Assembly (NCBI GenBank): GCA_963718855.1
Contig: CAVRAA010000009.1
Location: forward strand, 430,014 to 494,013
Source of the DNA: an uncultured Nitrospiraceae bacterium
GTDB taxonomy: Bacteria; Nitrospirota; Thermodesulfovibrionia; Thermodesulfovibrionales; SM23-35
DNA: 64,000 bases
Direction: 5' to 3'
In this document: positions 43,382 to 51,722 of the stretch, one piece after another
Numbering within the stretch: position 1 is the first letter of the stretch
Layout: the number at the start of each line of letters is the position of its first letter
Translations under genes and position numbers: made by a program
The notes under the pieces: model-generated
Told to the model about the DNA's origin: nothing
What the model saw: only the letters and a program-made list of their open reading frames with translations
The model's database searches: none

Positions 43382-44902
43382 TTATTCCAGACAGCATGTT
43401 ATTGTTGCGTCTTTGCCCAATGCGTAACGTGTTATCTTCGCAACATCTGTGGCGTTTACGACTCCACTATTGTTTGTATCCGCACATGACTGCACGGCAT
43501 CCTTGCCCAAAGCTATTCTTGTTGCTTTGGCTACGTCAGCGGCAGTAACCGCAGCATTATAGTTAAGATCTCCTACGAGCTGCTTTGCTGCGCCGAAAGA
43601 GGTCCAGCCATATGTCCAGTCATTGTCCGGGTCAACCGCGCCGATAAAGTCAACTGCTTCAAAGAAACCGTCTGCCGGAGGAGTTGCAACCGGGATTGTG
43701 CCGTTTGCAAGCGGTGAACTGGGCGCAGGCGCAAAGTTGGGCATATATTTTTGTGTTGTAGCAACAGCACCGTAAATGTCAATCGGCAGTGGATTGCAGA
43801 GCTGGCAATCAACCGTCTGAAGATTTGTCCATAATCCGGCGGTAATCGCATTCTGGGCAGCGGTATTGTATTGTGCAGCGCCGCCTTTGTTTCCGTAGAC
43901 GCAGCCGTTGCTTAATACTAAGTTTCCGGCATTGATCTGGTTGATTGTTTCCGTATCGTCGACTCTTACGCCGAAGTCTTTGAAGCCGGTAATAACAAAA
44001 TTCTTGATCGTGCCTGCGGTGCCGCGTCTCAGTCTCATGCCAAAGGTGCTTTCCGTTCCATAGGTCGTGTTCGGATCCCCGACAAAGGTCAAATTGTAGA
44101 TCGTGGGGTTTGAGCGCGGCGTATTAGTGTGTCCGAACTCATAGTTGTCAGCCTCTATGCCGGCGTCTGCCTCGTCTGCTCTCTGCGAAACGATAACAAA
44201 CTGGGCTTTACCCTGCCATCCCTCTGTCCAGTCAAAAGAGTCGTCACGACACCAGGTGCCGATCATGTACTTCATATTGACCGTGCCGCCGAACATCTCG
44301 ATGCAGTCATCCTTATTCATAAGCACCTGAACGTGGTCAACCGTCGTGCCATTGCCGACGCCATGGAAGGCGATGCCGTTCAGCTCGCTGGTTTCGGTGA
44401 ACAGATGGCCGGCATACTCAATGCGCACATACTGGAGATGCCCTGAGTTGTCTGCAGGGTCTGATCCACCATATAACCCGGTGGTTCCTTCGATACCGGC
44501 TTCACCGCCCGGAACATTAATCGGGGCATACCCGCCGATAATAACTCCGCCCCAGAGACCTCTGTCCAGGAGCCCGCCGAATTTTACTCTCGATGTGGTA
44601 AAAACAATCGGCTGTGATGAAGTGCCGATTGCATGGATCTTTGCCCCTCTTTCAACAACCAGGGTGCCGATAGTTGACTCGTCGCCGTAAATCTTTACTC
44701 CCGGCTGAATCGTAAGTTCAGCAGGCGCCTTAACAAAAACCGTGCCGCTCAGAAGATACTCGGTATCCGCCGGGGTGCCGGTCGGTCCCAATGTCGTATT
44801 CGTTGTGATGTCGCCGCCGATTGTGGTAATCGCCGACGCGGTGTTCAACGACATAAGGATTAACGACAATGCAATTAAAAATAATGTCCATCCCTTTCGC
44901 AT
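43382..44902 (-). CDS. secreted beta-helix-like protein with C-terminal dockerin-like duplicated Ca-binding loop
   Basis: Start moved to MRKGWTLFLIAL, after AAGGAGAGG. The C-terminus is GDLNYNAAVTAADVAKATRIALG ... ADTNNSGVVNATDVAKITRYALG, i.e. two DxNxNxxxxxxD-helix segments. Confidence 0.6.
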   Translation of the reverse strand: MRKGWTLFLIALSLILMSLNTASAITTIGGDITTNTTLGPTGTPADTEYLLSGTVFVKAPAELTIQPGVKIYGDESTIGTLVVERGAKIHAIGTSSQPIVFTTSRVKFGGLLDRGLWGGVIIGGYAPINVPGGEAGIEGTTGLYGGSDPADNSGHLQYVRIEYAGHLFTETSELNGIAFHGVGNGTTVDHVQVLMNKDDCIEMFGGTVNMKYMIGTWCRDDSFDWTEGWQGKAQFVIVSQRADEADAGIEADNYEFGHTNTPRSNPTIYNLTFVGDPNTTYGTESTFGMRLRRGTAGTIKNFVITGFKDFGVRVDDTETINQINAGNLVLSNGCVYGNKGGAAQYNTAAQNAITAGLWTNLQTVDCQLCNPLPIDIYGAVATTQKYMPNFAPAPSSPLANGTIPVATPPADGFFEAVDFIGAVDPDNDWTYGWTSFGAAKQLVGDLNYNAAVTAADVAKATRIALGKDAVQSCADTNNSGVVNATDVAKITRYALGKDATITCCLE

Positions 44903-45115
44903 TTTTTCCTCTCCTTCTTTTTTTAAAGGTTCATACATCGAAAGACCATCCCCAGGAAACATCGATACGCATCACCCCTCCTTTCTGATAAGCAGACCAG
45001 GAAACACATCACCCCCCTTCAAAGCATCTTCATTTATATATGGATAGACCGGACGCAGCCTGCTTCATCGTGCGGCAAACTGATTGAGACACCGCGCACG
45101 AAGTCTTTAAGGAAC

Positions 45116-45181
45116 ATGATACCCGGATGTCTTTACATGACGATGACACTATTGTGACAATCAGGTTATCGATTCATTACC
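45116..45181 (-). promoter_or_regulatory. Pho-box-like array of five half-sites on the minus strand (GGTAAT, GATAAC, TGTCAC, TGTCAT, TGTAAA) + TATCAT
   Basis: The plus-strand hexamers start at 45176, 45165, 45154, 45143 and 45132, exactly 11 bp apart. After 10 nt, the -10 lies at 45121-45116. Confidence 0.6.
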
Positions 45182-45283
45182 ATACCTCAGAGGCGCGTGA
45201 AGCGGCTTCAGATAAGGCGGGACAAGGATTGCCTGTAATTTTACGAAAGCAGATTTATCAGGAAGGAAGCAGATGTCATCGAA

Positions 45284-45327
45284 TTTAACACGACTGTAAC
45301 ATCCCTGTAACATGACTCTGTTATTTT
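45284..45327 (+). promoter_or_regulatory. Pho-box-like operator (TTTAAC, TGTAAC, TGTAAC in register) + TATTTT, facing the chaperone-usher genes
   Basis: Half-sites start at 45284, 45295 and 45306. -10 candidate at 45322-45327. Confidence 0.55.
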
Positions 45328-45393
45328 ATGGCGTCATGGCAATTCAGCTCATTGGGCACATCTCTATGCTGCCCGCTGAATCTGCAGACATTA

Positions 45394-45493
45394 CCCTCAC
45401 CCTTGCCCTCTCCCCTCAAGGGAGAGGGAACGTAAGAATGAGGGGAGGGGATTAAGGGGAACTCGTGAAGAACCCTGCGGCAGAGACCGCAGG
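45394..45493. repeat. composite of three REP types in the 5' leader of the chaperone gene
   Basis: ccctcacccttgccctctcccctcaagggagaggg (compare 8365-8401), gaggggaggggatt (KGGxGG-like) and gaagaaccctgcggcagagaccgcaggg (compare 6887-6913). Confidence 0.5.
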
Positions 45494-45529
45494 GCGTAAT
45501 ATTTATTAATATCTCAACGGAGGTGTACC

Positions 45530-46321
45530 GTGTATCGAAATTTTATGCTTGTAACGTTCACCATATTATTCTTTCTGATGCATTCCCATGCCGTTGCAGG
45601 CTCGTTTAAGGCTGTACCGGTGAGGCTCTTCGTGGATGTGAAATCCAATACTGCTGTCCTCAAGATTATCAATCAGGGGGATGACAGGGTAACGGTGCAG
45701 CTTGACGCCAGGAGTTGGCGGCAGGATGAAACCGGGCAGGACATGTATGAGGACACCGGAGACATCATCTTCTTTCCCAAGATCGCGCATATTGAAAAAA
45801 ACGAGGAGCGGATAATTCGCATAGGATACAAAGGAAAACAGGGATCTGTCGAAAAAACATACCGGTTATTCATGCAGGAACTGCCTGTCACCAAACCAGG
45901 CGGGATGGCGCTCCAGCTGGCCTTGACGATAACAATTCCCATTTTTGTAGAGCCGGAAAAAGAAGAGAAGGCGGGCTGGACCGCGGAGACCGCAGAATTC
46001 TCAGAGGAGACACTCAGGATAAAGGTCAGAAACAGCGGCAACAGGCACATCGTGGTCAGCAAGATCACGGCGGTCGGGCTCGATGAAGCCGGCAGGGAGG
46101 TATTCTCAAAAGATGCGGCCGGATGGTATACCCTCGCGCGTACGTCAAGAATATATGCCGTCCCGATACCGTATGAAGAATGCCTGAAGGTGACAACGAT
46201 CAAGGTGAAAACCGATCTGGAGAAAGACAGCAGGACCTTCACCCTGGATGTGGGTCAAGAGATGTGCACCCGGAAACCGGAGAGTGAAAAAAACAGAATA
46301 AAGGAGAAGGCATCGCATTAG
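45530..46321 (+). CDS. periplasmic pilus chaperone (PapD/CsuC-like)
   Basis: Signal peptide, then an Ig-like N-domain pattern (F.A.PVRLF.......AVLKI.N.GD..V.VQ) and YRLFMQELP. Confidence 0.8.
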   Translation: MYRNFMLVTFTILFFLMHSHAVAGSFKAVPVRLFVDVKSNTAVLKIINQGDDRVTVQLDARSWRQDETGQDMYEDTGDIIFFPKIAHIEKNEERIIRIGYKGKQGSVEKTYRLFMQELPVTKPGGMALQLALTITIPIFVEPEKEEKAGWTAETAEFSEETLRIKVRNSGNRHIVVSKITAVGLDEAGREVFSKDAAGWYTLARTSRIYAVPIPYEECLKVTTIKVKTDLEKDSRTFTLDVGQEMCTRKPESEKNRIKEKASH

Positions 46322-46367
46322 CAAAGGTCATGATTCCGAATTGCTATGCCAGAAAAAAAGACACATC

Positions 46368-48694
46368 ATGTCCAGGCGACTTATCGCGCTCCTGATCCTT
46401 CTCTGTTTTCATTCATATTCATACGGGTCGGAACGGGCCGTTATGAGGGTGTTCCTTAATAATCAGGAAAAAGGGGACTTCTTTTGCATCATGGCTGATG
46501 GAGGCAGACTGCTCTTTTCACCGGGAGATATGCTCGCAATAGGTTTACAAAGATACCCGAAGGGGCTGAAACCGGAGAGGATGGACATGTGTATCTCGAT
46601 TCCCTTTCTCCTGGGGTAACATTCGAACTGGACAAGAATGCATCTGCTATTTACATTATTGCAGAGCCTCGTTTGCTCAAAAAGAACACGGTCGATCTCT
46701 CCTATAAAAGAGAGGAAAGGGTGTTTCACGCAACAGACGCTTCAGTATTTTTCAATTACGGCCTTGCTTACACAGCCGGCAGCGATTTTGATTTCACCTC
46801 CATGACCATCCCGATGGAATTAGGCATTCGTACTGACGGCTATCTCGGCATCTCCAACTTCATGTACGACAAAAGCGACTACGACGAGAAGTTTGTAAGG
46901 CTTTTGACCAGTGTCATACGGGATGATACGGACAGGCTCAGACGATACACGATCGGAGATTTCTATGCCTTTTCCGGCCAGCTGGGGAGTGGGGCGATTT
47001 TAGGCGGACTCAGCGTAGCCAGAAATTTCTCGATGAGTCCTTTCTTTATCAGGCATCCCGGTCTGGACATCACCGGCATGTTGAATACGACCTCGGATGT
47101 CCGGATATACGCAAATGACATGCTCGTGAAGGACACGAAGCTAACGCCCGGGGAATTCGAATTTCTGAACATTCCCAACATCCATGGAGCAGGGGAAATC
47201 TCGTTTGTTGTCAGGGACGCCTTTGGGCGGGAAGAAACGCTTCCAATACCTTACTATATATCGACCGCGCTCCTGAAACCCGGCCTGCATGATTACAGCT
47301 ATAATCTCGGGTTCAAACGAAAGGAGTTCGGCCGCGAAAGTTTTGAGTATGATGAACCAGCCTTTCTCGGGTTCCACAGGGTCGGTTTTTCGCGAACGTT
47401 TACCGGAGGAGTCAGGGCAGAGTTCGACAAAAACTGCGTGAACGCGGGACCCACTGCAGGGTTTCTGCTCGGGGACCTCGGAGAACTCGACACCTCCCTT
47501 GCCCTGAGCAATGCCGATGGACGATTCGGATACGGATTTTCTGCAAACTATTCCTATGCGGGCAGACATTTCAGCGGACGAATCTTCATGAAGGGTCTCA
47601 GCAGGGATTACGCGAATCTTGTGGTATCCCACTCTGATGACAAACCGCGCTTCGAAAGCTGGGCCAGCCTCGGTTTCAATCACAACAGGTTCGGTTCAGT
47701 ATCTGTTGCCTACTCTGCCGCAGATCGTTACAAAGGGACAGATATCGAGAGGGCTTCACTCTTTTACCACAGAAGGGTCGTCAGGAATGTATCATTGGAC
47801 GTTATAGCCAGCAGGACAGACGCGGAGGACCGTACCTACGAGGTTTTTGCCGGACTGACGTTTATCCTCGGCAAAGACACCTCAGGGAATCTGGGCTACA
47901 GAGCGCAGGATGACGCTTCGATCATGACTGCAAGACTTCAGCAGAACCCGCCCCTTGACAGAGGCTTCGGCTACAGGGTAACCGTTGACAGGAGAGACAA
48001 CGACGAGGACACCTATCAGGACAACATTGAAACCGATGCAGATGGCTTCCTGCAGTACCGGGGTCCATACGGTGTCTATTCAGCGGAATACAGGAGAGCC
48101 GCTGGAGAGAATAGTTATACAGTCGGCACATCCGGCGGCCTTGTTTTTATCAAGAACTCTCTCCATTTCACAAGACCCGTCACCGACGGCTTTGCACTTG
48201 TCAAGGTAGGAGACTTCGAAAATGCCCATGTCTACTACAATAACCAGGAAGCAGGGACAACCGACAGAAACGGTGAGATCATTATCCCCAATCTCATATC
48301 ATACTATCCCAACAGCATCTCCATTAATGATACGGATTTCCCGGTCAACTACACAATCCCGGCAATCGAAAAACTCGTCACCATTCCGTTCAGGGGCGGC
48401 GGCGTAGTCACATTCGACATCCGAAAACTGCAGGCCTTTACAGGCCGGCTGTACATCGTGGAGAAAGATGCAAAAATTGAAGCTGAATACTGGGGATTGG
48501 ATATCCAGGCCGATGACCGCGCGGTGGAAGCTGTCGTAGGCAAGAAAGGTGAGTTTTACATGGAAAATATCGCTGCAGGCAGATACCCTGCACGGCTTTT
48601 CGCAGGAGAAAAGGAATGTATTTTTACCATAACAATACCGTCAAGCGACGAGGCCATGGTAGACATGGGGGAGGTCAGCTGTGAAATGCATTAG
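46368..48694 (+). CDS. outer-membrane pilus usher (CsuD-like), frame change near 46575-46590
   Basis: ORF 46341-46619 carries the signal peptide and N-terminal domain (MSRRLIALLILLC...). ORF 46589-48694 continues with YLDSLSPGVTFELD and a ~700-aa barrel. The two are in different frames. Confidence 0.8.
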
Positions 48695-49130
48695 TGTTCT
48701 CGTTATAGTGTTTGCGTTAATTGTGGCCGCAGCGGCACAGGGCGAAGCATGCTCTATTACAACCTCACCTGCCCATTTCGGGAATTATGATCCGACGGCA
48801 TCCGCGCCTCTCGATACGGTTGGGAATATCAGCGTAACCTGTGATTCCGGCACCCCGTTCACCATAAAATTGGATTCAGGGCAGAATTCGACTGGAGGGT
48901 TTGACAGACAGATGCGCTCTTCGGCAGGTGATTTCTCGCTCGATTACAACCTCTTCAGAGATTCTGCCCGCACAGAAGTCTGGGGGGACGGCACCGGCAG
49001 CACCTTCATCCAGGCAGGCGTCGGTACCGGAATACCAGCCCAGTTCAATCTCTACGGCCGCATTTCCGGACGACAGAATGTCAAGGCAGATATCTATAAT
49101 GATTCGATCATCGTAACGGTGGAATGGTGA
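48681..49130 (+). CDS. spore-coat-U (SCPU) domain pilin subunit
   Basis: ACSITTSPAHFGNYD ... ISVTCDSGTPFTIKLDSG ... DYNLFRDSARTEVWG ... YNDSIIVTVEW. Confidence 0.85.
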   Translation: MKCISVLVIVFALIVAAAAQGEACSITTSPAHFGNYDPTASAPLDTVGNISVTCDSGTPFTIKLDSGQNSTGGFDRQMRSSAGDFSLDYNLFRDSARTEVWGDGTGSTFIQAGVGTGIPAQFNLYGRISGRQNVKADIYNDSIIVTVEW

Positions 49131-49200
49131 GAGAACAGTAAGCCAGAGCTTGCTTTGAAGGCTGGAAAAAGCTTTCCGCCCCGCACACAAGAAAAGAGAG

Positions 49201-49254
49201 TTAACAAAATATTAACCCGATCTTCATAACCACGTAACAAAAATAATGTAAGTT
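49201..49254 (+). promoter_or_regulatory. weaker Pho-box-like array (TTAACA, TTAACC, ..., CGTAAC) upstream of the atypical regulator
   Basis: TAAC cores end at 49205, 49216 and 49238 (offsets 11 and 22). TAAGTT lies 10 nt after the last. Confidence 0.35.
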
Positions 49255-49346
49255 ATCCGGCATGCTGTCAGAATCTTTGAAAGAAAACGGCTTATTGTGC
49301 GCTGGGATTCATACATCCTGTAGTGATAGGGGAAGCGTTTTTTTCT

Positions 49347-50087
49347 ATGGCTAAAGCAACCTATATCCTGCTTCTGAGTGATAACCCGCATACGGCAAAA
49401 AACCTCACCGGTACATTGGCCAGGGAGGGTTTTATTGTTGATACAGTTGCCGATGCTGAAAACGTCCTCTCAAGCATAAAAAAGAGGACGTATGATCTGA
49501 TAGTGCTGAATCCGGTGTCGCTCGGGATGAAGGGCCTGGACCTCTGCCGCACCCTGAAAAATGACACGCAAACAGCAAAAATACCGATTATCGTCATCGC
49601 TGTCACCAAAGATGAAGTCGACACAGTGCTCAGTCTCGAAATCGGCGCCGATGATTATATGACCGAACCGGTGAATATCAAGGAACTGGCAGCAAGGATA
49701 AACGCAGTAATGAGAAGAACACGGACAAAGGTGACTGATATGAAGATTCTGCAGAGAGGAGAAATTGTCATAGACACGGAAAAATGCGCAGTGCGAAAAA
49801 ACGGCAGGAAAATTGTATTAACTGCTCAGGCCTACAAACTATTATGCTTCCTTGCAGAAAGCCAGGGGAAGGTATTCAGCCGTGAACAGCTCCGGGATGA
49901 GGTCTGGAACCGGACCACCTTCGTCGGATTGAGAACGATTGACGTGCATATAAGAAAATTGAGAGAAAAACTGGAGCAAAGCCCTTCGCATCCTGAATAT
50001 ATTAAGACATTCCGTGGCATCGGATATTTCTTTGATCGTGGTCAGCCCTCTCAAAAAGACGATGAATCGCAGAATACGCTGCAATAA
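49347..50087 (+). CDS. OmpR/PhoB-family regulator with degenerate (non-phosphorylatable) receiver domain
   Basis: Aligned by eye to the PhoB at 22307: DD becomes SD, phospho-Asp ILDLMLPG becomes VLNPVSLG, T becomes A, and SKPF becomes TEPV. The winged helix is conserved (RTIDVHIRKLR ... FRGIGYFF). Confidence 0.8.
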   Translation: MAKATYILLLSDNPHTAKNLTGTLAREGFIVDTVADAENVLSSIKKRTYDLIVLNPVSLGMKGLDLCRTLKNDTQTAKIPIIVIAVTKDEVDTVLSLEIGADDYMTEPVNIKELAARINAVMRRTRTKVTDMKILQRGEIVIDTEKCAVRKNGRKIVLTAQAYKLLCFLAESQGKVFSREQLRDEVWNRTTFVGLRTIDVHIRKLREKLEQSPSHPEYIKTFRGIGYFFDRGQPSQKDDESQNTLQ

Positions 50088-50098
50088 ATTTACACAAT

Positions 50099-50142
50099 TG
50101 TAATATTCATTTCACAATCCTGCAATAAATTGCCTTTAGACT
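50099..50142 (+). promoter_or_regulatory. Pho-box-like operator (TGTAAT, TTTCAC, TGCAAT in register) + TAGACT
   Basis: Half-sites start at 50099, 50110 and 50121. -10 candidate at 50137-50142. Confidence 0.45.
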
Positions 50143-50184
50143 AGCAGAGAATGCCCCAAAGCCTTAACTTCAAATACGGAGGAA

Positions 50185-51673
50185 ATGATGAAAACAGTGA
50201 GGACATTTTTGATAATTTTCGCCCTGCTGCTCATGTCAGCGAATGCGTTTGCAGCAACCGTTTCTATTCCGGGTACATATGCAGATGCAAGTGCGCCTGT
50301 GCAACTCCCAATTAATGCACAGTGGGATTTCGCGCTGACCGCATTTCAATTTACCATTACTTACAACCCGTCGGTGCTCACTTGCACCGGAGCATCATTA
50401 GGAGATGTATTATCGGCAGCCGGAGGATGGTCTGTCAGTGTGAATACCCTTTCAGGTCAGATAGGCGTATTAGGGAATGATGCAAATGGAATCGGCATCT
50501 CACCAGGTAGTGGAAATCTCGTAAAACTTCAGTGCACCGTTGTCGGGAACGAGGGCGACAGCACATCCCTTCAATTCACGGGCACAAACGTATTGGTTGA
50601 TACTGATATAAACGAGTATGTGCCTGCAACCACTGCGGGAATACTCACAATTGGCGCATGCGTACCCTCGGAAGAACGATGCGACAGGCTGGACAATGAC
50701 TGCGATGGGCAGGTGGATGAGGAGATTGCCCCTGTGCCGACCACCTGCGGCATTGGTGCATGCTCAACTACCGGCCAAGCAACCTGTCAAAATGGTCAGC
50801 TGGTTGACAGCTGCCGACCTCCTGCTGAGGGGCCTTTTGGCGATCCGACATGCGACGATCTGGCGGATAATGACTGCAACGGATTTACCGATAGTAACGA
50901 TCCGAACTGCATTGAATGTGTCCCCTCCGAAGAACTATGCGACGGGCTGGACAATGACTGCGACGGTCAGGTGGATGAGGAGATTGCCCCTGTGCCGACC
51001 ACCTGCGGCGTTGGTGTGTGCTCCTCAGGAGGCCAGTTAATCTGCGACGGGGGACAGATGATTGATACCTGCACCCCGGGCATGCCGCAGGCTGAAGGAC
51101 CTTCCGGAAGCAGAACGTGCAGTGACAGCCAGGGACAATGACTGCGATGGTTCCATTGATTCTTCCGATCCCGGCTGCCTCGTGCAGCCAACAGGAATGG
51201 ACCGCTGGGTCGGGAAATGGTTCAGCATTAAAAGGACAATGAAGGGCAGCGCTTTTCGCGCGACTGATTCAAAATTTTTAACGGACAAAAGCAGCGGGAG
51301 TGGCTATCTATACATCTGGGGATGGGACCTGAATGCCGAACTATTGCGATTTGATTACTATGAATTCATGGAATACGACGATATCTGGCATGTGAACACC
51401 GACGCTTTTCACTTCTTTGCCGGCACTGATGACAAATTCCTCTTCTGGTACAACAGTGCAGATGCCACCTCTGAAGCAGGATTAAACGGATTGATCGACG
51501 GAAAGGTGAAAGACGGAGAATTGCAGAGCGCCAGCATCAAGACATTAGGTGGTCTGTATCTCGATGTCAGTGACGATTATACCCGTTACTCCGCCGGCGA
51601 ACAGACGCTGAACGGAAGGATGATCGATGCGTCGAAAGTACCGGTGCCATTCAGCGTAATAATACCGCGATGA
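50185..51673 (+). CDS. secreted cohesin-like + Cys-rich-repeat protein with conserved C-terminal domain; 1-nt frame change near 51130-51135
   Basis: ORF 50185-51141 ends ...TCSDSQGQ*. Removing one G from caGGGac gives TCSDSQDNDCDGSIDSSDPGC, which continues into ORF 51062-51673. Confidence 0.65.
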
Positions 51674-51722
51674 ACGATAAATACAATTTATCCAACAAAA
51701 GCATATATTGTGTGGAGGGAGC

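Noticed and set aside
39988-43548. A series of plus-strand ORFs (for example 39988-40500, 41240-41707, 42164-42796, 42706-43116) rich in Arg/Ser/Pro/Cys.
   Set aside because: They are antisense shadows of the repetitive, GC-rich Cys-rich gene on the minus strand. Their repeats simply mirror its 840-bp duplication.
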